A stretch of DNA of 64,000 nucleotides from Candidatus Pacearchaeota archaeon (GCA_038849525.1 JAWCMS010000001.1:206584-270583); one strand, 5' to 3'; positions 48,493-58,128 are shown, counted from the stretch's first letter. Notes: generated by a model not told the origin, from the letters alone. Translations and numbers: made by a program.

Positions 48493-49716
48493 ATGATAAA
48501 GAACTATCTTTTACTTATTTTAAGGAATTTTTCTAGAAGAAAGTTAAGAGGGTGGCTTACAATTCTTGGTATTCTAATTGGAATTGCAGCTGTTGTTGCT
48601 TTAATTTCAATTGCGCAAGGGTTGCAGGATTCAATAGCCAGGCAATTTGAAAAAATGGGAACAAATAAACTGATAATAATGCCTGGCAGTGGAGGAGCAT
48701 TCTTTGGAGCATTCGCAGGAACAATGCTTACTGAAAAAGATTTGAGCGTTGTAAAAAATGCAGAAGGGGTAGATATTGCAACTGAAATGTTTTTCAAGAT
48801 GGGCAAAATAAAATTCAAAGATGAAACCAAAACCACATATATAATAGGATTCCCAACTGATGACAAAGATGGTATGGATATTATACTTTCAATGACTGGA
48901 TTTGAAGCCGAAAAAGGAAGACAACTGAAGGAAGGCGATAGAGACAAGGTAGTTATTGGTTACAGATACTGGAGCGGAGAGAATGCTATTTTTAGTAAGA
49001 ATATTAAATTAAAAGACAAAGTACAGATAGAAGGCAGAGATTTTGAGGTTGTTGGGTTAATAAAGAGAATAGGCAATCCTGAAGATGATGCGCAGGTTTA
49101 TATACCAATTAAAACTGCAAGAGAGATTTTTGATGAGTCTGATGAGATTACTTACATCTATGTGCAGACGAAAGAGGGGTATACTCCAAATAAAGTTGCT
49201 GAGATAATAAAAAAAGATTTGAGAGATTCAAGAGACGAGAAAGAAGGAGAAGAAACATTTTCTGTCCAGACATTTGAGCAGCTAATGGCACAATTCAATC
49301 AGATTCTAGGAGTGGTTGGAAGCGTTTTAGTTATAATTGCACTTATCTCACTAATTGTTGGCGGGATAGGGATAATGAACACAATGTATACTTCTGTTCT
49401 GGAAAGAACAAGGGAAATTGGAATAATGAAAGCGGTAGGAGCAAAAAACTGGCAGATTATGTGGCTTTTCATTTTAGAATCAGGATTTTATGGAGTTATC
49501 GGCGGAGCAATCGGCGTCGCATTAGGATTTGCAATGGGAAAAGCAGGAGAACTCGTAGCTGCTTCAGCGGGATATCCTATTCTTAAAGTAGCATTTCCAT
49601 TATGGCTTATTTTTGGTTCATTATTATTTGCATTTTTAGTAGGAGCAATTTCTGGATTAGCGCCTGCTAGGACAGCTTCGAGACTGAAACCTGTCGAAGC
49701 GTTGAGATATGAGTGA
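48493..49716 (+). CDS. ABC transporter permease, FtsX/MacB family
   Basis: N-terminal TM, large extracytoplasmic domain, then 3 C-terminal TM helices, the MacB-type topology. A GIMNTM..SVLERTREIGIMKAVGA motif is present. Confidence 0.85.
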   Translation: MIKNYLLLILRNFSRRKLRGWLTILGILIGIAAVVALISIAQGLQDSIARQFEKMGTNKLIIMPGSGGAFFGAFAGTMLTEKDLSVVKNAEGVDIATEMFFKMGKIKFKDETKTTYIIGFPTDDKDGMDIILSMTGFEAEKGRQLKEGDRDKVVIGYRYWSGENAIFSKNIKLKDKVQIEGRDFEVVGLIKRIGNPEDDAQVYIPIKTAREIFDESDEITYIYVQTKEGYTPNKVAEIIKKDLRDSRDEKEGEETFSVQTFEQLMAQFNQILGVVGSVLVIIALISLIVGGIGIMNTMYTSVLERTREIGIMKAVGAKNWQIMWLFILESGFYGVIGGAIGVALGFAMGKAGELVAASAGYPILKVAFPLWLIFGSLLFAFLVGAISGLAPARTASRLKPVEALRYE

Positions 49717-49823
49717 AGTTGAATGATTAATACACGTGAATGAAAATCTGTTATGGTCTTTAGAATACTTTTTAAATATTAAAATCCTATACCAACAATA
49801 AAAGGAAGGTAAAAATAGTGAAA

Positions 49824-50294
49824 ATGAAAGAAGTCGGAAAAAGATCTCCAATGTATGTCGCCATAAGCACAAGACTTTTGGGTATGACATTAACCATTTT
49901 TGTACTTATACTCTCAATTAAGCCAGAATTATTGATTTATAATCTATTTACCTTCCAATTAATTCTGTAAATTCCTTTTCTGTTCGGGACAATGCTTTCA
50001 GACGCCAAAATCGTAAATCTTGAGAATTTAAGAATATACAAGTTTATAAATCGAATTTGCTTTTTTCTATCAATTGCGCTGGTTTTAAATTCATTAGGTT
50101 TACTGATATCAAAATATGTATCATTAATAGGTGGCATTTTGTTTTTTGCACTGCTTTTGATAATTTTAGCATATTTTTCAGTTATAGCTTTAGCAAAAAA
50201 ACAAGGAATTTATAAATTTATCAACGAGACATTTTCTTTTATTCTTATATTCCTTTTCGGACTGCTGCCTGCTCTTGGGATAATTACTTTTTAA
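49824..50294 (+). pseudogene. Membrane-protein paralog of 50336..50842 interrupted by a single in-frame TAA (49968..49970); possibly expressed as 48-aa + 100-aa pieces
   Basis: The 48-aa ORF 49824..49970 (…VAISTRLLGMTLTIFVLILSIKPELLIYNLFTFQLIL*) and ORF 49992..50294 are in the same frame. Together they align colinearly with the 168-aa downstream paralog (…VTIGSRLLGVAITIFILIVTIKIELLEYTIMTAQLILALPFL…GLLPALG). The stop sits where the paralog has Ala. Confidence 0.5.
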
Positions 50295-50335
50295 AATTAA
50301 AAAGATTTAAATGCTCTTTTGACAATATTAAGAAG

Positions 50336-50842
50336 ATGGCAAAAAAAGAGGAAAAGATTCCTGTGATAAAGACAGAAAGCTTTGAGAGGCGCTCTTCTAT
50401 GGAAGTGACTATTGGCTCCAGATTATTAGGAGTGGCTATAACAATTTTTATTCTTATTGTTACCATTAAGATTGAATTGCTTGAATACACCATAATGACT
50501 GCACAACTTATTCTTGCATTACCTTTTTTAATGGCTGCAATGATTTCAAATTCAAAAATTGTTAACCAGAAAACTTTAGGAAGCTATAGAGTATTAAACA
50601 GAGTAACCTCTGCAATTGCTTCAGCATTTCTGTTCAATACATTAGGATTAATGGTTGCGAAATATATCTCATTTTTCATAGGAATATTATTTTTCATAAT
50701 TTTTATAATCCTGCTCGTATTTTTGATATTCATTGATTTGGACAAGACTACAATACAGAACAAGATAATGTCAGAGATTTTGATGATTGTTTTAATGCTT
50801 GCTTTAGGACTGTTGCCTGCGTTAGGATTTTACGGGCTTTAA
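50336..50842 (+). CDS. Small polytopic membrane protein (intact paralog, C-terminal GLLPALG motif)
   Basis: 168-aa hydrophobic protein similar to the interrupted upstream copy. Confidence 0.6.
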   Translation: MAKKEEKIPVIKTESFERRSSMEVTIGSRLLGVAITIFILIVTIKIELLEYTIMTAQLILALPFLMAAMISNSKIVNQKTLGSYRVLNRVTSAIASAFLFNTLGLMVAKYISFFIGILFFIIFIILLVFLIFIDLDKTTIQNKIMSEILMIVLMLALGLLPALGFYGL

Positions 50843-50929
50843 CCTTTTTAAAGGGAATGTATTTAGTTATTCAAGAAAACTTGATAGTTTTTTTCATTTA
50901 TTTAATAAAGAACTAATTTACATTAATGC

Positions 50930-51352
50930 CTAAATGTCTACTATAACTTGAACAATAACTTTATTTTTCTCTTTTTTTATGAACATTTCCTGATAAGTCA
51001 CTGCTTTTATTGTTGTTTTTGTCTGATAATCTTTACAATTGTCTCCTGAAAGAGAAGCAGTAAGAGTTAATGCTTTACCAGATTTCTTTATCTTTAAATT
51101 ATTTATTTTGCTTAAAATAAATCCTTTTGTGTCAAGAAGAATTAAAAATTTCTCTAAAAAGTCATACAACAATGACTCTTCATCTTCTGACTTTACAACG
51201 ATTTTTTCTTTTATTTTTGATTTTACTTTTCTTTGATCAACAATTATGTCAGTCATCGCATAGGCTGCATTTGCAAATGCTTCTTCTAATGTCTTTCCAT
51301 AAGCCTGGAATTTGGCGTCTGCTGTGTGTGGAAGGAAGATATATTTTACCAT
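50930..51352 (-). CDS. Archease (RtcB activator)
   Basis: FLPHTADAKFQAYGKTLEEAFANAAYAM matches the archease N-terminal signature. About 140 aa. Directly downstream of rtcB. Confidence 0.85.
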   Translation of the reverse strand: MVKYIFLPHTADAKFQAYGKTLEEAFANAAYAMTDIIVDQRKVKSKIKEKIVVKSEDEESLLYDFLEKFLILLDTKGFILSKINNLKIKKSGKALTLTASLSGDNCKDYQTKTTIKAVTYQEMFIKKEKNKVIVQVIVDI

Positions 51353-51357
51353 TTGAT

Positions 51358-52785
51358 TTATCCTTTTACAACACCTATTGGCTTTAATCTCGCAACTTTA
51401 TTACCAATGCCAGCTTTATGCGAGACTTCAACAACTTCATCAATGTCTTTGTAGGCTCCTGGTGCTTCTTCAGCAATTCCTTTCCATGAAGCACTTTTAA
51501 TGAAAATTCTGTTTTTTTCAAGTTCTTGTTTTATTTGCTCTCCTTTCCAGTGCCTTAATGCCTCATGCCTTGACATTTCTCTTCCTGAGCCATGAGCAGT
51601 TGATGCAAATGAAATTTCTTCTGCTTTTTCTGTTCCTACTAAAACATAAGATGCTGTACCCATACTTCCTGGAATGATTATCGGTTGCCCTTTGCTTCTA
51701 TAAACAGACGGAATTTCTGGATTTCCTGGCCCAAATGCACGAGTTGCGCCTTTTCTGTGCATATAGACTTTCACTTTTTTTCCATTTATTTCATGAGTTT
51801 CTATTTTTGCAATATTATGGGCAACATCATAAACTGTCTTCAATTCTGAATTTGGAAAAATCTCCTTGAATGCAATTCTTGACTGATGGCCAATTATATG
51901 TCTATTACACCAAGCAAAATTTGCTGCAGCTGCCATCGCTGAGAAATATTTTTGGCATAATGGATGGCTTGATGGAGCATAAATCAATTCCCTGTCAGGA
52001 AGTTTTTCAACAATTTCAGGAAAAGTTTTTTCCATTTCTCTTAGATAATCAGAGCAGACTTGATGCCCTAATCCTCTCGAGCCACAATGAATCATTAACA
52101 TCACTTGTCCAACTTCGGTTATTCCGAAAACTTTTGCTGTTTTTTTATCGAAGATTTCATCAACATACTGCACTTCAAGAAAATGATTGCCTGAGCCTAA
52201 AGTTGCTATTTGCTTGAATCCTCGGTCTTTTGCATGATTTGAAACTGCATTAGCATCAGCTTGCTTCATGCAGCCGTTTTCCTCGCATAACTCTAAATCT
52301 TCTTCGCTTCCATAGCCATTTTCTACTGCCCATTTTGCACCTTTATTTAACACCTCATCTAATTCTTTTTTACTAATTCTTATGTTTGATGAGCCTAAAC
52401 CAGCAGGAACATGCTTGAATAAACTTTCTAGCAGTTCTTTTATTTTTAGATAAATCTGTTCTTTTTTTAAGTTAGTTCTTAATAATCTAACACCACAGTT
52501 TATATCATAACCTATTCCTCCAGGTGAAATTCCTCCTTTTTCGATGTCAAGAGCAGCAACTCCCCCTATAGGAAAGCCATAACCTTCATGTCCATCTGGA
52601 AGGACAATAGCATATTTGTATATTCCAGGCAGGCATGCAACATTTTTTCCTTGTTCGAGAGTTCTGTCTTGTTGCATCTTTTTTAGCATCTTCTCAGTTG
52701 CAAAAATCTTTGTTGGTACTTTCATTGCTCCTGATTTAGGAATTTCCCATTCAATATCTGAAATTTTCTTTAATTCGATTTCCAT
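51358..52785 (-). CDS. rtcB: tRNA-splicing ligase RtcB
   Basis: About 475 aa with metal-binding His motifs (LMIHCGSRGLGHQ, NCGVRL) and C-terminal GSGRE/H motifs typical of RtcB. Confidence 0.9.
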   Translation of the reverse strand: MEIELKKISDIEWEIPKSGAMKVPTKIFATEKMLKKMQQDRTLEQGKNVACLPGIYKYAIVLPDGHEGYGFPIGGVAALDIEKGGISPGGIGYDINCGVRLLRTNLKKEQIYLKIKELLESLFKHVPAGLGSSNIRISKKELDEVLNKGAKWAVENGYGSEEDLELCEENGCMKQADANAVSNHAKDRGFKQIATLGSGNHFLEVQYVDEIFDKKTAKVFGITEVGQVMLMIHCGSRGLGHQVCSDYLREMEKTFPEIVEKLPDRELIYAPSSHPLCQKYFSAMAAAANFAWCNRHIIGHQSRIAFKEIFPNSELKTVYDVAHNIAKIETHEINGKKVKVYMHRKGATRAFGPGNPEIPSVYRSKGQPIIIPGSMGTASYVLVGTEKAEEISFASTAHGSGREMSRHEALRHWKGEQIKQELEKNRIFIKSASWKGIAEEAPGAYKDIDEVVEVSHKAGIGNKVARLKPIGVVKG

Positions 52786-52788
52786 ATT

Positions 52789-53511
52789 CTAAATAAAGAA
52801 CATAAATGCAATGCCTATTAAAAAGATTATGAAATCAATAATTGATTTATCTAATTTTTTTTCTTTTCTAAGTTCTGGGAGAAGGTCAGAAGAAGCTATG
52901 TAAATAAATCCGCCAGCTGCTATTGGAAGCATGAATATTGCAAGATTTGTAGATTCTGAAATAAAAAAACCTATTATGCCTCCAAGAATTGCTGTTAGAG
53001 CACTAAAAAAGTTGAATAGTAATGCCCTTTTTATTTTTATGCCACCATAAACTAAAATACTAAAATCACCTATTTCTTGAGGTATTTCATGAAGCGCGAT
53101 TGCTATTGTTGATGCTATCCCGATTGGATAGGATAGAATAAATGAAGCTGCTATAATCAAGCCATCTATGAAATTATGGATTGCGTCTCCAATTAAAATA
53201 AGATAAGAAAAAGTATGGACTTTGCATTCTCCTTTGTGACAATGTCTCCAATGAAATAATTTTTCTATAAGAAAAAATAAAGTAAATCCTAAAAGTGTAA
53301 ATAGTGAAATCAAGAAATAAGAAATTTTTTCAGAGGCTTCGGGTATTAAATGAAGAAAGGCTCCTCCAATTAGTGCACCGGCTGCAAAAGGTATAATTAA
53401 TATAAGGATTCTATTAATTAATTTCTTCTTTAGACTTAATGTAATTATTCCTATAAGTGAAATCAATGAAACAAGAAAAGTTGCTATAAGTATTTGAATA
53501 AGTACTTTCAT
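52789..53511 (-). CDS. ZIP family metal (zinc) transporter, ZupT-like
   Basis: 8-TM protein with HNFIDGL and HEIPQEIGDF metal-coordination motifs. A His-rich cytoplasmic loop (HWRHCHKGECKVH). Confidence 0.8.
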   Translation of the reverse strand: MKVLIQILIATFLVSLISLIGIITLSLKKKLINRILILIIPFAAGALIGGAFLHLIPEASEKISYFLISLFTLLGFTLFFLIEKLFHWRHCHKGECKVHTFSYLILIGDAIHNFIDGLIIAASFILSYPIGIASTIAIALHEIPQEIGDFSILVYGGIKIKRALLFNFFSALTAILGGIIGFFISESTNLAIFMLPIAAGGFIYIASSDLLPELRKEKKLDKSIIDFIIFLIGIAFMFFI

Positions 53512-53520
53512 TTTTATAAA

Positions 53521-53628
53521 CGGGCCTGGTAGGATTCGAACCCACGACCCTCTGCTTTCTTATTCCATTTTCAGCCGATTAGAAGGCAGATGCTCTATCC
53601 AGGCTGAGCTACAGGCCCATTTTTTAAA
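53521..53628 (-). tRNA. tRNA-Arg: tRNA-Arg(TCT) with about 24-nt intron
   Basis: Exons GGGCCTGTAGCTCAGCCTGGATAGAGCATCTGCCTTCTAA / GCAGAGGGTCGTGGGTTCGAATCCTACCAGGCCCG. Intron TCGGCTGAAAATGGAATAAGAAA after the anticodon loop. Confidence 0.75.
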
Positions 53629-53790
53629 GAAGCTTAAATATTTTTTAAATCTTCCTTAAAAGAAATCTTTTTAAACTATTTTTTTTTATTAAGAATATGG
53701 ATAAAACTGCTAAAACTACATTGCTACATATTATACTTCTAATTTTAGTTTTAGTAGTAGTGCTTTTATAAAAGCATTCCACATTTTTTC

Positions 53791-54054
53791 TTGGAATGCA
53801 AAATGATATCTGATATTAATATAGGCTATGGCAGAAAAAAATACAAAATGACTAGCAAGCAAGCTCAAGGGACGGGAGTAATGTATATTTTCAGTGAGAT
53901 AAAATCTAGAAATAAGGAAGCTGAAGAATTATCTAATGAATGCAAGATCTTTCAAGTTTATAGATATAACGGAAAAATAAAAATTGATGCTTACAATCAA
54001 AGCAACCATCTTGTGTCGAGCTTAGAAAAGCTTATTAAAAGACTAAATTTTTAA
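53791..54054 (+). CDS. Hypothetical protein (87 aa)
   Basis: ORF immediately upstream of leuS with a 1-nt gap. No recognisable motifs. A hairpin (GCATTCCA/TGGAATGC) overlaps its start codon. Confidence 0.35.
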   Translation: MECKMISDINIGYGRKKYKMTSKQAQGTGVMYIFSEIKSRNKEAEELSNECKIFQVYRYNGKIKIDAYNQSNHLVSSLEKLIKRLNF

Positions 54055-54055
54055 A

Positions 54056-56542
54056 TTGAATCTTATTGAGAGAAACATGAAAAAAGAAAAAAAGATTGAT
54101 TTTTTAAACATAGAGCGAAAGTGGCAAAAAGAATGGGAAACAGCAAAAATTTTTGAAGTTAAGGAAAAAAGAGGCAAAAAATTCTATTGTCTAGATATGT
54201 TTCCTTATCCTTCTGGAGAAGGGTTACATATGGGGCATGCTTTTGTATATAGTTTAGGAGATATTTATGCAAGATTTAAGAGAATGTCTGGATACAATGT
54301 TCTTTATCCAATTGGATATGATTCTTTAGGGCTCCCTGCTGAAAATGCTGCAATAAAAGCAGGTATTCACCCTTTAGAGTATACTGAAAATTCAATAAAA
54401 AATTTTATGAGGCAACAAAAGGCGATGGGTTGGAGCTATGATTGGAGCAGGATGATTAGAACACACGATCCTGAATATTACAAATGGGATCAATGGATTT
54501 TTTTAAAGATGTTAGAAAAAGGAATAGCTTACAGAAAAAAAGCACCTGTTAATTATTGTCCAAAATGTGACACTGTACTTGCAAATGAGCAAGTTATTAA
54601 TGGAAAATGCTGGAGACATGAAGATACAAACATTGAAATAAGGCATTTAGAACAATGGTTTTTTAAAATTACAAAATATGCAGATGAATTATTAGATGGA
54701 TTAGAGAAATTAAATTGGCCAGAAAGAGCGAAATTAATGCAGAAGAATTGGATTGGAAAAAGTTATGGTTTAGAAATAAATTTTATTATTAATGGAAAGG
54801 CATGGCCAATATTTACAACAAGAGCAGATACAATTTTTGGAGTTACTTTTATGGTAGTTTCTGCGCAGCATCCTAATTTGATGGAATTAGTTACACCTGA
54901 GCAGAAAAAAGAAGTGAATAAATTTTTAAAAAAAATTAAAGGAACAAGCGAAAAAGAAGTTCTTGAAAAAGAAGGCGTATTTACTGGGAGTTATGCTATA
55001 AATCCACTAACAAATGAAAAAATTCCTGTGTATGCTGGAAATTTTGTTATTGCAGAATATGGTTCAGGAATGGTAATGGCTGTTCCAGCTCATGATCAAA
55101 GAGACTTTGAATTTGCAAAAAAATATAATATTCCAATAAAAATCGTAATTCAGCCTCAAGGAGTATTAATTGAAGAAAAGAAAATGAAAGAAGCCTTTGT
55201 TGAAGATGGAATTCTTATAAATTCTGGACAGTTTTCAGGATTAAAGAGTGCTGAAGCAAGAGAAAAGATTGCAGATTATCTTGAATCAAAAAACCTAGGA
55301 AAGAGAGTAGTCAATTACAAATTGAGAGATTGGCTTATCTCAAGACAAAGATACTGGGGAACTCCAATACCAATAATTTACTGTGAAAAATGCGGGATTG
55401 TTCCAGTTCCTGAAAATCAGTTGCCTGTTATTCTCCCAAAAGAAGTTAAATTTGGAAAAGGAAATCCTTTGGCAACAAATAAAAATTTTGTTAATGTAAA
55501 ATGCCCAAAATGTTCTGGAGATGCTAGGAGAGAGACAGATACAATGGACACTTTTGTTAATAGCTCGTGGTATTATTTAAGATATTGCGATCCGCATAAT
55601 GACAAGAAAATTTTTGATAAAAAGAAAGTAAAATATTGGGCCCCAATTGATCAATATATAGGGGGGCCAGAGCACATTACAATGCATCTTATTTATTTAA
55701 GGTTTTATACAAAATTTTTTAGAGATTTAGGTTTAATTGATTTCGATGAACCTGCACCAAAATATTTTACACAGGGTATTGTTCATGGTCCAGATGGAGA
55801 AAAAATGTCAAAATCAAGAGGAAATGTAATAGAACCATTAGAAATGATAGAGAAATATGGAGCAGATACACTTAGAATTTCATTAGTTAGTTTTGCATCT
55901 CCAGATAAAGATAGCATTTGGGATGAAAAAATTGTTTTTGGTAATCATAAATTTCTTATTAAAGTATATAATTATTTTAAAAATTTCAAAGAAGGGAAAA
56001 TTGATGAGAAAACAGAAAGCAAAGTTAATCTTACTATAAAACAAGTTACAGAAGATATTGAAAATTTTAGGCATAATATTGCAGTAATTAAATTAAGAGA
56101 ATTGTTTAATTATCTTTCTGAGAGGTCGATTGATAAAAAAAATGCAGAAATTTTTTTGAAAATGTTGCATGTTTATTGCCCTTATATTACAGAAGAATTA
56201 TGGCATGCTTTAGGAAATAAAACTTTTCTTTCATTGGAACGATGGCCAAAAGTAGATGAATCAAAAATCAACGAAAAATTTGAAAAAGAAGAAAAAATTT
56301 TGAATAATCTTATCTCAGATATTTTCAATGTATTAAAAATAATAACTAATAAAAAAAGAAAAGTTTCAAAAATATTTATTTATATTTTGCCAAAAGAAAA
56401 AGATATATATGATATAAAAGAAATAAAAAGGAAGATTAATCTTCCTATACAAATCTTTTCAGTTAATGACAAAAACAAGTACGATCCTCAAGGAAAAGCT
56501 GGAAAAGCTAAGCCAGGAAAGCCTGCAATATATATTGAATAA
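54056..56542 (+). CDS. leuS: Leucyl-tRNA synthetase, bacterial-type
   Basis: YCLDMFPYPSGEGLHMGH, PIGYDSLGLPAE, GWSYDWSR, VNYCPKCDTVLANEQV, QWFFKITKYADELL, KNWIG and KMSKS all follow the bacterial LeuRS layout, not the archaeal one (which has the AFPYLSG form). Confidence 0.9.
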   Translation: MNLIERNMKKEKKIDFLNIERKWQKEWETAKIFEVKEKRGKKFYCLDMFPYPSGEGLHMGHAFVYSLGDIYARFKRMSGYNVLYPIGYDSLGLPAENAAIKAGIHPLEYTENSIKNFMRQQKAMGWSYDWSRMIRTHDPEYYKWDQWIFLKMLEKGIAYRKKAPVNYCPKCDTVLANEQVINGKCWRHEDTNIEIRHLEQWFFKITKYADELLDGLEKLNWPERAKLMQKNWIGKSYGLEINFIINGKAWPIFTTRADTIFGVTFMVVSAQHPNLMELVTPEQKKEVNKFLKKIKGTSEKEVLEKEGVFTGSYAINPLTNEKIPVYAGNFVIAEYGSGMVMAVPAHDQRDFEFAKKYNIPIKIVIQPQGVLIEEKKMKEAFVEDGILINSGQFSGLKSAEAREKIADYLESKNLGKRVVNYKLRDWLISRQRYWGTPIPIIYCEKCGIVPVPENQLPVILPKEVKFGKGNPLATNKNFVNVKCPKCSGDARRETDTMDTFVNSSWYYLRYCDPHNDKKIFDKKKVKYWAPIDQYIGGPEHITMHLIYLRFYTKFFRDLGLIDFDEPAPKYFTQGIVHGPDGEKMSKSRGNVIEPLEMIEKYGADTLRISLVSFASPDKDSIWDEKIVFGNHKFLIKVYNYFKNFKEGKIDEKTESKVNLTIKQVTEDIENFRHNIAVIKLRELFNYLSERSIDKKNAEIFLKMLHVYCPYITEELWHALGNKTFLSLERWPKVDESKINEKFEKEEKILNNLISDIFNVLKIITNKKRKVSKIFIYILPKEKDIYDIKEIKRKINLPIQIFSVNDKNKYDPQGKAGKAKPGKPAIYIE

Positions 56543-56617
56543 TAAAAACTTTTGTTAAATTTTTTAATATTTTTATGATACAGAAATCTTTAAATGTTAG
56601 TTTTTCAATAGAATCTA

Positions 56618-57529
56618 ATGCAAGAGACAAATCTTATATGGTATAATAAAAAATTAGTTCCTTGGAATGAATGTAAAATACATATTTTAACTCATACTTT
56701 ACATTACGGCTCTGGAGCATTTGAGGGCATAAGATTTTATAAAACTGAAGATGGAAAAAGTGCTATTTTCAGACTTAAGGATCATGTTTCAAGACTGATT
56801 AAATCATTTTCTATTTTTGGTACAAAAATTCCTTATTCTCAAGAAGAGATCGAAAAAGTAATTGTCGATACAGTCAAGGCAAATCTTAATATCTGTCGAG
56901 AAGGGTATATTCGGCCAATTATGTTTCACGATTATGGTGTTATGGGTTTGGATCCAAGTAAAGCACCTGTTTCTCTTGCTGTTGCAGTATGGCCGTGGGA
57001 GGCTTATCTTGGAAAAGATTCTGTAAAAGTAAAAACATCATCTTATATTAGACTGCATCCAAACTCAGTTATTGCAGATGCAAAAATATGTGGATATTAT
57101 GTAAATTCGATCTTTTCATCTCTTGAAGCTAAGAAAGCAGGATTTGATGAAGCCTTATTACTTGACTTTAAAGGAAAAATTGCAGAAGGTCCAGGAGAAA
57201 ATCTATTTATCGTGAAACACAAAAAAATTTTAACACCTAAACTTGGAAACATACTGCCCGGAATTACTAGAGCAAGTGTAATTGAAATTGCAAATGATTT
57301 GGGGTATGAAGTAAATGAAAAAAATATATTTTTAAAGGAATTAAGAAAAGCTGATGAAGCTTTTTTTACAGGAACAGCTGCTGAAGTTACTGCAATTTCA
57401 CAGATTGACGATAAAATTATAGGAAGTGGAAAGCAGGGAGTGATAACAAAAAAAATAAAACAAGCTTATCTTGATGTTGTTAAAGGTAAGAATGAAAAAT
57501 ATAAGAGATGGTTAACTTACATTCAATAA
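56618..57529 (+). CDS. ilvE: Branched-chain amino acid aminotransferase (class IV PLP enzyme)
   Basis: FEGIRFYKTEDG...RLKDHVSRL and fold-type IV motifs. About 300 aa. Confidence 0.8.
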   Translation: MQETNLIWYNKKLVPWNECKIHILTHTLHYGSGAFEGIRFYKTEDGKSAIFRLKDHVSRLIKSFSIFGTKIPYSQEEIEKVIVDTVKANLNICREGYIRPIMFHDYGVMGLDPSKAPVSLAVAVWPWEAYLGKDSVKVKTSSYIRLHPNSVIADAKICGYYVNSIFSSLEAKKAGFDEALLLDFKGKIAEGPGENLFIVKHKKILTPKLGNILPGITRASVIEIANDLGYEVNEKNIFLKELRKADEAFFTGTAAEVTAISQIDDKIIGSGKQGVITKKIKQAYLDVVKGKNEKYKRWLTYIQ

Positions 57530-58113
57530 AGATGAAAAAATTGAAGTTTATTATTGCATTCATTCTTACATTATGCATCTCATTTACTTTAGGATATTTA
57601 GTTTCATCTAGAGGGTGGGAGTGTCCTATATGCTCTTACAATTCAAATGATATCACTCCTTTAATCAACGAAGAGTATTATCCTATTTTAATAAATGAAA
57701 TTAATTCTGCAAAGACGAGTATTGATATTATTCTTTATGAGTTCAAATGGTATGAAAAAAATAATTCTGTTGTTCAGTTAAGAGATGCTCTTGTCAGAGC
57801 ACATAATAATGGCGTTAATATAAGGATTATTCTTGACCAGTCAGAATGGTATGGTAAGCTTACAGAACTAAGTAAGGAAAATCAAAAAACTGCAAATTAT
57901 CTTGCTGAAAAAGGAATTTCTGTGAAATTAGATTCTGTAAAAACAACAACTCATGATAAACTGATTATAATAGATAATTCAACAGTTATTTTAGGTTCTC
58001 ATAATTGGGGTTCTTCAGCATTAACAAAAAATAATGAAGCTTCTGTAATGATAAGAGGGGAAGTTGCAAAATATTATGAAAATTATTTTGATTTCTTGTG
58101 GATAAATAACTAA
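57508..58113 (+). CDS. Phospholipase D-family (single HKD motif) protein, Nuc-like, with N-terminal TM anchor
   Basis: HDKLIIIDNSTVILGSHNWG is an HxK(x4)D(x6)GSxN motif. A single copy implies a dimeric Nuc-like nuclease/phosphodiesterase. The 5' end overlaps ilvE by 22 nt. Confidence 0.75.
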   Translation: MVNLHSIKMKKLKFIIAFILTLCISFTLGYLVSSRGWECPICSYNSNDITPLINEEYYPILINEINSAKTSIDIILYEFKWYEKNNSVVQLRDALVRAHNNGVNIRIILDQSEWYGKLTELSKENQKTANYLAEKGISVKLDSVKTTTHDKLIIIDNSTVILGSHNWGSSALTKNNEASVMIRGEVAKYYENYFDFLWINN

Positions 58114-58128
58114 TTATTTTATAGAATA

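Noticed and set aside
48504-48947. 147-aa minus-strand ORF inside the FtsX-like permease gene
   Set aside because: Antisense shadow ORF. The plus-strand gene has clear MacB-permease topology.
53700-53790. 24-codon hydrophobic mini-ORF (MDKTAKTTLLHIILLILVLVVVLL) and hairpin GCATTCCA/TGGAATGC over the 53791 start codon
   Set aside because: Too short and low-complexity to call. The hairpin may be incidental. Noted only as a possible leader/attenuator-like feature.
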